The position numbers and the translations under genes are program-made. A stretch of 64,000 nt of DNA from an uncultured delta proteobacterium (GTDB lineage Bacteria; Desulfobacterota; Syntrophia; Syntrophales; UBA2185). Position 1 is the stretch's first letter. Every line of letters starts with the position of its first letter. Below, piece after piece: positions 52,913 to 63,259 of the stretch. The notes under the pieces were generated by a model, which worked only from the letters and a program-made list of their open reading frames with translations, searched no databases and had not been told where the DNA came from. Location of the stretch: positions 640,961 through 704,960 of the forward strand of contig CAVSPA010000004.1 of the NCBI GenBank assembly GCA_963729715.1, written 5' to 3'.

Positions 52913-54238
52913 ATGAATCCAATCAGCATAAGTCAGATGAAAAAAATTGCTGTTCTCTTCATGATGATGTCATTCTTCATAGTGCTGATTAATGGGTGCG
53001 CACGGACACTTTATAGTGCGGTAGAGGATGGTAATATTGAAGAAGTACGCGCGATGCTCAAAGCTGGTACCAATATAAATAACATGAATGGACCTTTTGA
53101 AAATAGCATAAATGCAGCTTTGTATCGGGCAGCCTGGAAGGGTCGCATCGATATTGTAGAACTTCTCTTGGACAAAGGCGCAGATGTGAATTCAATAGGG
53201 GGGGGCGACGGAAGAACACCCCTGTTGGCGGCGGCAGAAGGGTCGCACTCCGACATTATAAAGCTTTTAATAAGCAAAGGGGCTAATCTGGATATGGCCA
53301 TATCGAAGGCTGAAGAGTACGCCGCTTATAAAAACCGCAATAGCGCTTATTGGGCGGCTAAAGCAAATCTGCTAGCAAAATTCGCTCCAAAGCAAGAAGC
53401 TCGTCAAACCGCGATAACAGTTAACATTCCAAATAATGAAGTACAACCATCTCCTATCATCAAATCTGACATTGATGATCTCCCCGCTGTTATGGCAAAG
53501 CCCAAGAAAAACTCATATGCTATTGTAATAGGCATAGAGAATTATCGACAGAAGCTGCCTAAGGCCGCCTTTGCAGAAAATGACGCTAAACTTATGAGTG
53601 AATACCTTACCAAAGTAATGGGCTATCCAGAAGAGAATGTTGTCACACTCACGAATGATCGTGCTGCCTTGGGAGATTTCGCAAAATATTTTGAACAATG
53701 GCTTTCCAACAATGTTGAAAAAGGGGGGACTGTTTTTATTTATTATTCTGGCCACGGCGCACCTAATCCCAAAACGGGAGATGCTTATCTCGTACCTTAT
53801 GATGGCGACCCATCTTTCATAGACAAAACAGGTTATTCATTAAGAAGAATGTACGATGCCCTTGGTAAGCTTCCGGCAAAAGAAATCATTGTTGCCCTTG
53901 ATTCTTGCTTTTCCGGTGCAGGTGGAAGGTCGGTCATTGCCAAAGGTTTGCGGCCTTTGGTTATTAATTTATCAAGTAGCATGATCATGCCCAAAAACAT
54001 GACTGTTCTGACTGCATCATCAGGTGAACAGGTAAGCTCGACCTATGACGAAAAGGGACATGGGCTTTTTACCTACTTTTTGCTCAAAGGAATAAAAAAT
54101 GAAGACGTGGTTAAACAGGACGGGGCCATCGCTCTCGGAGACTTGTTTAGTTACATTCAACCGCAAGTGGAACGCATTGCCCGGAAGCAGTATAACAACG
54201 AGCAGAGGCCGCAGTTGATCGAGGCGAAAAAGAATTAG
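52913..54238 (+). CDS. lipoprotein with ankyrin repeats and a caspase-like (C14) domain
   Basis: lipobox INGC; ankyrin motifs; SGHG and DSCFSG dyad. Confidence 0.9.
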   Translation: MNPISISQMKKIAVLFMMMSFFIVLINGCARTLYSAVEDGNIEEVRAMLKAGTNINNMNGPFENSINAALYRAAWKGRIDIVELLLDKGADVNSIGGGDGRTPLLAAAEGSHSDIIKLLISKGANLDMAISKAEEYAAYKNRNSAYWAAKANLLAKFAPKQEARQTAITVNIPNNEVQPSPIIKSDIDDLPAVMAKPKKNSYAIVIGIENYRQKLPKAAFAENDAKLMSEYLTKVMGYPEENVVTLTNDRAALGDFAKYFEQWLSNNVEKGGTVFIYYSGHGAPNPKTGDAYLVPYDGDPSFIDKTGYSLRRMYDALGKLPAKEIIVALDSCFSGAGGRSVIAKGLRPLVINLSSSMIMPKNMTVLTASSGEQVSSTYDEKGHGLFTYFLLKGIKNEDVVKQDGAIALGDLFSYIQPQVERIARKQYNNEQRPQLIEAKKN

Positions 54239-54342
54239 GAAGCTTGTTATAGAAAACATGAGGAAGTAACATATGGCATCTTTCATAGCTCAGGCTGCTT
54301 AAATTTATATTTTAGACCACTCATATTTCAAGGAGGTTGGTT

Positions 54343-55257
54343 ATGAAAAAGATAATGGCGTCTGTTGTAAGCCTCATCTTAATGTTCTCATTCAGTGTTT
54401 CCGAAGCTCAGGTATTATTCGCTGCCCGTCCCCCCGCAAAACCTGCACCACGTGAAGTTGAAACTCAGCCTAAAGACATTAAGTCCGACGTGGATGAGCT
54501 TCCCACGATGAGTACAAAGCCAAACAAGAACGCCTATGCCATTGTCATTGGTATTGAGAACTATCGGCAGAAACTCCCCAAAGCAGATTTTGCTGTAAGC
54601 GACGCAAAGCTGATGGGCGAATACCTCTCTAAAGTGATGGGTTATCCAGAGGAAAATATCGTGACTTTAACAAATGAACGTGCATCAAAAAGTGACTTTG
54701 AGAAGTACTTCGAACGGTGGCTCCTTAATAATGTAGAAAAAGATGGTACTGTTTTTATTTACTATTCTGGCCACGGTGCACCAAATCCCAAAACTGGAGA
54801 TGCCTATCTTGTTCCTTATGACGGTGATCCATCTTTTATTGCCGAGACAGGCTATTCGTTAAAAAGAATGTACGATGCTTTAGGGAAACTGCCCGCAAAG
54901 GAGATTGTTGTCGCACTTGATTCTTGTTTTTCCGGTGCTGGCGGTAGATCAGTACTTGCCAAAGGTGCCCGACCTCTCGTCATGAATCTGCAGATTTTAA
55001 CTGTTCCGGCTGGAAATATGAAAATCATCGCTGCGGCTTCAGGGGATCAGATCAGCTCAACTTACGAGGAAAAAGGTCATGGTCTTTTCACTTATTTCAT
55101 GTTGAAGGGTATCAAAAACGAGGATGTTGTAAAGCAGGATGGTTCCATTGCGGTAAACGACTTGTTCAGTTACATCAAACCCCAGGTTGAGCGCATCGCG
55201 AGAAAACAATACAACAACGAACAAACGCCGCAGTTGTTAGAGGCGAAAAAAAATTGA
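54343..55257 (+). CDS. exported caspase-like (C14) protease
   Basis: signal peptide; Pro-rich linker; SGHG and DSCFSG. Confidence 0.9.
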   Translation: MKKIMASVVSLILMFSFSVSEAQVLFAARPPAKPAPREVETQPKDIKSDVDELPTMSTKPNKNAYAIVIGIENYRQKLPKADFAVSDAKLMGEYLSKVMGYPEENIVTLTNERASKSDFEKYFERWLLNNVEKDGTVFIYYSGHGAPNPKTGDAYLVPYDGDPSFIAETGYSLKRMYDALGKLPAKEIVVALDSCFSGAGGRSVLAKGARPLVMNLQILTVPAGNMKIIAAASGDQISSTYEEKGHGLFTYFMLKGIKNEDVVKQDGSIAVNDLFSYIKPQVERIARKQYNNEQTPQLLEAKKN

Positions 55258-55265
55258 GGAGTTTT

Positions 55266-56078
55266 ATGAAGAAAATACTCTTCCTCATAGCCTTCCTCCT
55301 GATCCCTTTTACGGCTTCTGCTAATAAGCCCCTTTGGGTTACGGCTGATGGCACATCATATCAATCGGAGATGGATACACTGAAGGAGGTAAAAGATAGA
55401 GCCAAACGTGATGCCGAGAGCAAGGCGATAGAAACTGCGGTCGGTACATTCATTAGATCCCATACCCTGGTCTCCAACAGCCAGATCGCCGAAGACCTGA
55501 TCTACGCCTCCGTCAGAGGAAAAATCACAAAGGAAGAAATCATCGCATCCGATTGGGATGCAAAAGAAAGAAACCTTTACAGAATAAGCATCAAAGCCCT
55601 GATCGAACCCGTCTATCCCGAGAAAGGAGAAGGCCTCTCCGCAAAGCTTTCACTCTCAAAAACAGACCTGAAGGAAGGCGAGGAAGTTAATATCTTCTAT
55701 CAGGTAAGCAAAGACTCTTATGTCTATATATTTTCCATTGCTGCAGATGGTTCCGTAACCCTTCTCCTTCCCAATTCAAATATGCCGGATAATTTTACCA
55801 GAGGGGGAAAGGCATACCAATTCCCTCCGGCAGACAGTCCTATTCATCTGAAAGCCATGTTCCTGCCGAACTACAAAGAAGCCTCTGCTGAAGAAAAAAT
55901 CAAGATCATCGCCACCCGGCAGAAAGAGGAGTTGCTTTCCATCGGGTTTAAAGAAGGGATTTTTGAGGTCTATGATGCAAAGTCAACGGGAATGATCGGC
56001 GACCTTGTCAGGAGGCTGAACCAGATCGAACTTACGGACTGGACAGAAAGCACGGCGGTTTACAATCTTAAGAGATAA
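55266..56078 (+). CDS. exported protein with a DUF4384-like C-terminal domain
   Basis: signal peptide; GEEV.....SKDSYVYIF....DGSVTLLLPN pattern. Confidence 0.7.
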   Translation: MKKILFLIAFLLIPFTASANKPLWVTADGTSYQSEMDTLKEVKDRAKRDAESKAIETAVGTFIRSHTLVSNSQIAEDLIYASVRGKITKEEIIASDWDAKERNLYRISIKALIEPVYPEKGEGLSAKLSLSKTDLKEGEEVNIFYQVSKDSYVYIFSIAADGSVTLLLPNSNMPDNFTRGGKAYQFPPADSPIHLKAMFLPNYKEASAEEKIKIIATRQKEELLSIGFKEGIFEVYDAKSTGMIGDLVRRLNQIELTDWTESTAVYNLKR

Positions 56079-56227
56079 GAAAATACGCATAATCTAAAGA
56101 TGCCCTTTAAAACATTTAAAGAATGGGTTATTCTTGAAATCCATTGGAATTGCATTTGCTTTAAATTACATAGTGTAATTAGAAATCTTAAACAGGAGAG
56201 AATCCTTTAAATAATAGGAGCACTATT

Positions 56228-57610
56228 ATGAATCCGATCAGCGTGAGTCAGATGAAAAAGATTGCTGTTCTCATCATAATGATGTCACTCGTTGTAGTAG
56301 TGGTTAGTGGATGCTCACCGGCGCTTCATAGTGCAGCAGGGCATGGTGATATTGAGCAAGTACGCACCCTGCTCAGAACTGGTACCAGTATTAATGAAGA
56401 AGATGCTAACGGAAGGACCGCTTTGCATTACGCGGCTAGTAATGGTCGGAGCGATATTGTTCGCATTCTGCTCGATGCAGGTGCTAATGTAAATATCAAC
56501 GCTGGTTATCCAGGTACAGCTTTACATTTCGCAGCCTTACGGGGTAATATTGAAATTGCAAAACTTCTTTTGGACAGAGGCGCTGATGTAAATGCAACAG
56601 GGTATAATTACCAAACACCCCTCGTATGCGCGGCACAAGGGTTTCACGCCGACATGATAAAACTATTAATAAGCAAAGGTGCTAATTTGGATACAGCCAT
56701 AGCGTGGACTGAATCGCACAAAGACTGGGAGGGTGAAGCAAAGCTTCTTGCAAAATTTGCTCAGAAGCAAGAAGTTGATCGGATTGCGCCGGCAGTAATC
56801 AGTTCAAATACTGAAGCACAACCATCGCCCGTCATTAAATCCGATATCGACGAGCTTCCCGCTGCTATGGCAAGGACCAAGAAAAACTCATATGCAATCG
56901 TGATAGGCATAGAGAACTATCGACAGAAGCTTCCCAAGGCTGATTTCGCAACCCACGACGCTCAAACGGTTGCCGAATATCTCACGAAAGTTCTCGGATA
57001 TCCGGAAGAAAATGTCGTCACTCTCTTGAATGATCATGCATCAAACGTCGATCTGGTAAAATATTTTGAAAAATGGCTGCCGAATAATGTCGAAACCAGC
57101 GGTACGGTCTTCATCTACTATTCCGGCCACGGGGCACCGAATCCAAAAACAGGCGATGCCTACTTGGTTCCCTATGACGGGGATCCCTCGTTTATTGATC
57201 AAACGGGCTATTCACTCAGGAGAATGTACGATGCTCTCGGCAAGCTTCCAGCAAAAGAGATCGTTGTTGCCCTTGATTCCTGCTTCTCGGGTGCTGGCGG
57301 GAGATCGGTCCTTGCAGAAGGTGCACGGCCGCTCGTCATGAATCTGCAGAAATCTGTAATCCTGTCTAAGAACATGACCATCATGGCTGCTGCTTCCGGT
57401 AACCAGATCAGCTCAACCTACAAGGAAAAAGGCCACGGACTATTCACATATTTCATGCTTAAGGGAATCAAGAATGAAGAGATAGTGGAAAAAGATGGCT
57501 CAATCGCACTTAGTGACTTATTTAGCTACCTGAAACCGCATGTTGAGCGCATTGCGAGGAAGCAATACAATAATGAACAAATGCCCCAGTTGATTGTACC
57601 AAAACCATGA
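56228..57610 (+). CDS. lipoprotein with ankyrin repeats and a caspase-like (C14) domain
   Basis: lipobox VSGC; G.TALH ankyrin repeats; SGHG and DSCFSG. Confidence 0.9.
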   Translation: MNPISVSQMKKIAVLIIMMSLVVVVVSGCSPALHSAAGHGDIEQVRTLLRTGTSINEEDANGRTALHYAASNGRSDIVRILLDAGANVNINAGYPGTALHFAALRGNIEIAKLLLDRGADVNATGYNYQTPLVCAAQGFHADMIKLLISKGANLDTAIAWTESHKDWEGEAKLLAKFAQKQEVDRIAPAVISSNTEAQPSPVIKSDIDELPAAMARTKKNSYAIVIGIENYRQKLPKADFATHDAQTVAEYLTKVLGYPEENVVTLLNDHASNVDLVKYFEKWLPNNVETSGTVFIYYSGHGAPNPKTGDAYLVPYDGDPSFIDQTGYSLRRMYDALGKLPAKEIVVALDSCFSGAGGRSVLAEGARPLVMNLQKSVILSKNMTIMAAASGNQISSTYKEKGHGLFTYFMLKGIKNEEIVEKDGSIALSDLFSYLKPHVERIARKQYNNEQMPQLIVPKP

Positions 57611-57909
57611 GAAGGCGTTTCAGTATCTTTCTATTGATTCTGCTTCTGCCATTTAATTTGTCTGCGTTTTCCGTGGAATCGTGAATAAGATTTCCTGAAG
57701 GGATCCCTCTTTTTTCCCTGTGATGCTTTCGATTGGTAATCTTCACTTCATCTGAGGATCTGACACTAAACCTTTGTAGGTGACATCTGCATCCCTTCAA
57801 TAAAGACAAAATTGCCAGCGCCATTATTCTCCATATCTTTAGCCTGTAGAAGATTCTATGCTCTCCGGAACCCCGAAGACCTCACAGACAAAGAATATGG
57901 AGGTGTGCC

Positions 57910-58749
57910 ATGACTACAAAAGAAGCGATAACCCTGTTCAAATATTATCTTCAAGCAAACCATAAAAAGAGGACCATCGAGAGCTACACCCTCCTGTTTG
58001 ACAGATTCGGAGCAGTTTATGCTCAGAGATCCCTGGATGGTATCAGTCCCGACGAGATTTTCCAGTTTCTGGAGAACCTCACACAGAAGCTGTCTAAATC
58101 CACACGCAGGCTCCGGTACGCCCAGATAAAATCCTTTTACAACTTCATCATCGACCGCTGCTCCCTGAACATGAGGAATCCCTGCAACACAACGCTGCTC
58201 AGCAAGGCCTTCAGGGCACCGAAACAGTTACCACGTAAGATCCTTGACCGGGAAACGGTGGAAGAAATGATCTACAACGCTAAAAGGCAGCGTGACCGGC
58301 TAATACTGGAACTTCAGGCTCGATGTGGATTGAGAATCGGTGAATTGCTGAAGATCAAGGTCTCGGACGTCTCTGACAGAACCATCACCCTTCGGGAACC
58401 CAAATCAGGCAAGGAGACGGAAATTGCCTATATGCCTGAGAACGTCTCGAGAAAACTGGCAGAGTATATCAAAGAGAAAGCCCTTGAGCCAGAAGACAGG
58501 CTCTTCCCCATCTGCTATTCGACGGCAAGATCCCTTGTCAGAGGGCTGGGAGACAAATTGAATGCCCATGTGTCACCCCATGACCTCCGGAGATACTCAG
58601 CCACGTATGCCAGCAGAAACGGTGTCCCCCTGGAAGTAGTATCGAAAGTAATCTTGAGGCACCAGGATTTAAAGACCACGCAGGTCTACCTCGGGAAGAT
58701 CACGGATTCCGAAGCGATCCGATGGATGGACGTCCTTCACGAGAAATAG
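57910..58749 (+). CDS. XerC-like tyrosine recombinase, intact
   Basis: LRIGE, PKSG, HDLRR, RH and QVY give a complete catalytic set; GGAGGT RBS. Confidence 0.92.
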   Translation: MTTKEAITLFKYYLQANHKKRTIESYTLLFDRFGAVYAQRSLDGISPDEIFQFLENLTQKLSKSTRRLRYAQIKSFYNFIIDRCSLNMRNPCNTTLLSKAFRAPKQLPRKILDRETVEEMIYNAKRQRDRLILELQARCGLRIGELLKIKVSDVSDRTITLREPKSGKETEIAYMPENVSRKLAEYIKEKALEPEDRLFPICYSTARSLVRGLGDKLNAHVSPHDLRRYSATYASRNGVPLEVVSKVILRHQDLKTTQVYLGKITDSEAIRWMDVLHEK

Positions 58750-59015
58750 GATAACTCAACATAACCAATTGCAACGTGGAGGTCTTTGGGGTTCATAAAT
58801 CACGTCCAGATCACCGATAATGCATTATCTTATCATCAGAAACTGCATGTTTCATCTTGATAACATTAACCGTTTATTCAGAAAAATCTGAGGAGTTCAA
58901 ACGGATAGCAACAGCACACAATTTATGATTGATGTGGGAAAGATGAGGTCAGGAAATCAAATTTTCAATATCAAATTTGTATTGACAAATAATAATTTAT
59001 AATTAAAATATAATT

Positions 59016-59303
59016 ATGATTAGCTTTTCGTGGAATTCAAGGAAAAACGAGGCGAACAAGAAAAAACACGGTGTTTCATTCGACGAAGCCAAAACAGTGT
59101 TTTATGATGAGACAGCTATCAGATATTTTGATCCCGAGCATTCTGGTGATGAAGACAGATTTATAATGGTAGGGTTAAGTCAAAAGCTCAGAATTCTTAT
59201 CGTGTGCCATTGCTTCAGGGAGGAAGATTCAGTCATAAGGATTATCTCAGCAAGAAAAGCCACTAAGGGCGAAGAAGATACTTATTGGAGAGAAAGGATA
59301 TGA
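59016..59303 (+). CDS. BrnT-family toxin
   Basis: W...KN..N.KKHGVSF and RIISARKA motifs. Confidence 0.9.
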   Translation: MISFSWNSRKNEANKKKHGVSFDEAKTVFYDETAIRYFDPEHSGDEDRFIMVGLSQKLRILIVCHCFREEDSVIRIISARKATKGEEDTYWRERI

Positions 59304-59524
59304 GAAAAGAATACGAATTCAGCAAAATGAACGGTCAAAGGAATCCTTACATAAAGGAATTAAAAAAGCAGGTCACCATTCGTCTCGATAAGGAGACTGT
59401 TGAGTATTTCAAAAGTTTAGCTAAAAAGACTGGTATGTCATATCAGAATCTGATTAACTTATACCTGCGGGACTGTGTCGAAACAAAAAAAGAGCCAATC
59501 TTACAATGGTCTCATCCGACATAA
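59300..59524 (+). CDS. BrnA-family antitoxin
   Basis: VTIRLD..TVEYFK and YQ.LIN..L motifs; ATGA overlap with the toxin stop. Confidence 0.88.
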   Translation: MRKEYEFSKMNGQRNPYIKELKKQVTIRLDKETVEYFKSLAKKTGMSYQNLINLYLRDCVETKKEPILQWSHPT

Positions 59525-59834
59525 GGTATGTTCCGACAAAGGGCCATATCAATAGATCCCTGAAGGTTAAAGGGTGGGCCTGCTTTTTTCAAAATAGTTC
59601 ACTGAATAACGAATGAAACATGCGGTGTCTGTGTAGATAATTTCTATGACTAAGCCGGCATCTTTGTCTTCCTGTTATCAATGAAAATGATATATCCTCC
59701 TATATACAAGCTTTCGATTGTTAATCAGCAAGAATAACTAGTAACATTATCACCCTTATCGTCTATCCTTCCTGACAAATAATACCGGTTTCTATCTGTT
59801 TTTCCTCTTGACAATAATTAAATTGCATTGTATG

Positions 59835-59848
59835 CGTGTATATACACG
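59835..59848. promoter_or_regulatory. palindromic operator CGTGTATATACACG, probable MarR site
   Basis: perfect 14-bp palindrome between TTGACA (59808) and the marR start. Confidence 0.7.
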
Positions 59849-59866
59849 TTTATCTGAGGACAAAAA

Positions 59867-60337
59867 ATGTCAACATGGCAGACTTTACAAAAGCCCAGTA
59901 CATGCAATTGCACAAACTTGCGCAGGGCGGCACGTGTAATTACCAAGATTTATGACAAGGCATTGGCGCCTAGCAACCTGAAGGCGACTCAGTTTGCAGC
60001 CTTAATGTACATCAAGGATCATGGCCCTCTCAATATCAGCACACTTTCGACAATCATGGTGCTGGATAGAACCACTCTCGTTAGAAATCTTAAACATCTT
60101 GAAAATGCAGGCTTGATCGAAAACGCCCCCACCTCGGACTCACGAGAGCGGCAAATAAATATTACAGAGGATGGGTTGCGTGCGGTCGAGCTGGCCCTCC
60201 CCCATTGGAAGCAGGTTCAGAGGGAGATGGTGAACCAGATTGGCAGGGAAAACCTTAAAGCCCTGGATTTTATCGTTACCATTCTGGAAAGCGTTCATCG
60301 TGATCATGGAGAGTTAACAGCAGGCAAAACGGAGTGA
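59867..60337 (+). CDS. MarR-family regulator
   Basis: CNC..LRRAAR, DRTTL.RNL and DSR motifs. Confidence 0.92.
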   Translation: MSTWQTLQKPSTCNCTNLRRAARVITKIYDKALAPSNLKATQFAALMYIKDHGPLNISTLSTIMVLDRTTLVRNLKHLENAGLIENAPTSDSRERQINITEDGLRAVELALPHWKQVQREMVNQIGRENLKALDFIVTILESVHRDHGELTAGKTE

Positions 60338-60380
60338 TCTTTTCAATTTCCTGATTATTCAAAATAAAAAGGAGGTAATT

Positions 60381-61271
60381 ATGTCTCAACTGACAGGAAT
60401 GTTCGGATGCCGTTACCCCATCATACAGGGGCCGATCGGTGAGTTAAACAACCCGAAGCTTGTGGCGGCCATATCCGAGGCGGGTGCCTACGGAATGCTG
60501 GCCTTGGGTTTCAGCAATGCCAGTACAGCAAAAAAACTGGTGCAGGAGGTGAAATCTCTGACAGATAAACCGTTTGGGGCCAACCTGATGCTTATGAACC
60601 AGGAAAATCCGCAGATTCTGGATGTTCTCGCCGAAGCGGGCATAAAAACCATCACAACGTCTGCAGGGTCTCCCGCAAAGATGTACGGCAAGATCCATGA
60701 ATTGGGAATGAAGGGTTTCCATGTGGCACTTGCTCTTACCCACGCTAAGAGAGCCGAAGAGGCCGGTGTGGATGGACTCGTGATATCGGGCATGGAATCC
60801 GGGGGCCTCCGCTCCCGGGATCCGGAGTCTTCAAACATGGTCTTGATACCGCTGGTCGCAGACAACGTCAGGATTCCCATCGTGGCTGCGGGGGGGATTG
60901 CGGACTCGCGTGCTTATCGAGCCGCACTGGCCTTGGGCGCCCAGGGCGTGCAGATAGGAACCCGTTTTCTCGCCTGCGCTGAGAGTCCGGCGCATGACAA
61001 ATGGAAGCAGGCCATTGTTGAATGCAAGGATGGTGATACGACCCTGCTGCCGCTGGACAGGATGAGCATGAGGGTGATCATCACTCCCAAGCTGAAGAAG
61101 GAAATCCTCGATCCGGAAATCGACCTGCCCAAACTATATGACATGAGAAACCTTTCCAAGGCCTGGGGATCCGGGGATTTCGATCTCTTTCCCGCCAGCG
61201 CCGGCCAGGTGGCCGCGCTAATTAAAGAAATAAAACCCGTTAAGGAAATAATCGAGGAGATGGTGTCGTGA
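60381..61271 (+). CDS. nitronate monooxygenase / FabK-like flavoprotein
   Basis: YPIIQG, AAGGIAD and GVQIGTRF motifs. Confidence 0.88.
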   Translation: MSQLTGMFGCRYPIIQGPIGELNNPKLVAAISEAGAYGMLALGFSNASTAKKLVQEVKSLTDKPFGANLMLMNQENPQILDVLAEAGIKTITTSAGSPAKMYGKIHELGMKGFHVALALTHAKRAEEAGVDGLVISGMESGGLRSRDPESSNMVLIPLVADNVRIPIVAAGGIADSRAYRAALALGAQGVQIGTRFLACAESPAHDKWKQAIVECKDGDTTLLPLDRMSMRVIITPKLKKEILDPEIDLPKLYDMRNLSKAWGSGDFDLFPASAGQVAALIKEIKPVKEIIEEMVS

Positions 61272-61472
61272 AAGAGGTTCCCATGAAAGAGTTAAGCCGA
61301 ACCATAATGAATTATGTGATGTCACTCGGGGCTTGTGCTGCGCTGATGGCATAGTTCCTATCGTGAGCGGTTCTATCAGATGGTATCTGGCATACGTTCC
61401 ATTTGGATTGTCAACGTGTAAAGAGGAAAAGGATAAATAGGATTAATTTACTGTCGCCAAGGAGGGATCAAA

Positions 61473-61814
61473 ATGGCCCATGATTCATTAGTCGTTCTAT
61501 GGACAAGCGGGGATAAGGAAGTAGCTACAAAGATGGTGTTCATGTATACATTAAATGCCAAAAAGAAAAATTGGTGGAATGCTGTCACCCTGATCGTTTG
61601 GGGACCCTCTTCAAAACTACTGAGTGAAGATCCTGAGCTGCAAAAGAAGATAACAGACATGAAGAACGAAGGAATTAGATTGGAAGCTTGTAAAGCTTGT
61701 TCAGATCAATATGGCGTTTCAAGCGCCCTTGAAAACCTCGGGATTGAAGTAAAATATATGGGGGGTCCTTTAACAGATTACATCAAAGGAGAGCATCATA
61801 TATTGACCTTTTAA
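61473..61814 (+). CDS. DsrE-family protein
   Basis: LIVWGPS and ACKAC motifs. Confidence 0.85.
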   Translation: MAHDSLVVLWTSGDKEVATKMVFMYTLNAKKKNWWNAVTLIVWGPSSKLLSEDPELQKKITDMKNEGIRLEACKACSDQYGVSSALENLGIEVKYMGGPLTDYIKGEHHILTF

Positions 61815-61884
61815 GCGCTGCCCGGATTCGGAAAGCAGCGGTTTTAGTGATTGTCAGAATCGTTATCGAAAGGAGGCATTCAGG

Positions 61885-62862
61885 ATGAGATACGATGAAT
61901 TGCTGGTAGCTGCTGATAAGTTCATAAAGGAAAAAAATTTATACGAGGCATTCACATATTACGGATCGGAGACGGGATACACACGAAAAGTAAACTCTGA
62001 GTTTTTTAAAACAATCGCGTTGAAGTTAAGGACCATCGACACGAAGGTGGCAGATACACGAACAACTCTATTTGGTGCTGAATTAGCTACCCCTATAATA
62101 GCCGGCGCCATGTCCCATCCGCGCGTTTCCGGCCTTGAAAACCCCCTTCGGCCCTGGGCCCTCGGGATGAAAGAAGCCGGCTCCATGATGGGCGTTGGAA
62201 TTGTGAGCTCTCAGGAGTTTTCTGAAATCATGAATACCGGCACCCCCACCTACCGTATCTGCAAACCATTCAGGGACAGGAAGAAAATAGCTGTTGAAAT
62301 AGAGGAGGCTGAGACTTTGGGGGCTGTAGCTGTGGGTATCGATATAGATTTTGTTCAGGGCGGCAAGATGGCTGAAAGGACCTTTGCCGATACCCCGATG
62401 TCGCCCCTCGCTTCAGAGGAATTGGCCGATTTGAGAAAAGAGACGAAACTACCTTTCATTATCAAAGGCGTTCTCCACGAACATGATGCCGAGAAGTGTA
62501 TGCGGATTGGGGTCGATGCCATTGTGGTTTCCAATCACCGGGCCATGGTCCTCGATCACTGTGTACATTGCCTGGAAGTGCTGCCCATGATCCGCAGGAT
62601 CACCGGGACAGAAACGACTATTCTGGCCGATGGGGGATTTATGAGAGGCATAGATGTTCTAAAAGCATTAGCCTTAGGTGCGGATGGAGTTCTGGTCGGT
62701 CAGGCCATACTTTTGGGGGTTTTTGCAGACGGCCAGACAGGTGTTAGAGACATGGTCCAGGAAATGACAGCTCAGCTGCAAAGAGCCATGACTTTAACCG
62801 GATGTCCTGTAATTAAGAAAATTGATGAAACCATTTTACTGAAAAGAGATTTTATAATTTGA
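61885..62862 (+). CDS. FMN-dependent alpha-hydroxy acid dehydrogenase family protein
   Basis: IIKG, VSNH, DGG..RG.D and KALALGA motifs. Confidence 0.88.
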   Translation: MRYDELLVAADKFIKEKNLYEAFTYYGSETGYTRKVNSEFFKTIALKLRTIDTKVADTRTTLFGAELATPIIAGAMSHPRVSGLENPLRPWALGMKEAGSMMGVGIVSSQEFSEIMNTGTPTYRICKPFRDRKKIAVEIEEAETLGAVAVGIDIDFVQGGKMAERTFADTPMSPLASEELADLRKETKLPFIIKGVLHEHDAEKCMRIGVDAIVVSNHRAMVLDHCVHCLEVLPMIRRITGTETTILADGGFMRGIDVLKALALGADGVLVGQAILLGVFADGQTGVRDMVQEMTAQLQRAMTLTGCPVIKKIDETILLKRDFII

Positions 62863-63259
62863 AAAGGCTCCTTAGGTGGGCATGTTAACTGTAGGTTCTC
62901 AACGCAGTATTTCGCGGTGTTTTTGCCATGAAAAATGGAAAAATCGATTATCTCACCACTTGCCTAACCGAAGTGAAATAGAGAGTGCTATAGACAGATG
63001 CCTACGGAGTCGGCTGCAGTTTAACATGGAGTCCAATTATTAATTCAAGCCGAAGCCGCTTAGCGGCGATCGCGTTATAGAGTCCCTGCGCAAAGCGGGA
63101 TTGAAGTGAGGATGATGGACTTGCAACAAAGTCTCTCCTCAGTTAATTATGTACATTTCTCCCGGTAATACTTACCTTTGAGATCTATCCCGGAGCAAAC
63201 AGTAGTAGGTGGCACCAATAACCGGCGTATTTCATTTTTTTATTGCACGATCTTGAGTA

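Noticed and set aside
57910..58749. integron integrase
   Set aside because: Too short, lacks the IntI-specific insertion, and no complete attC array is seen.
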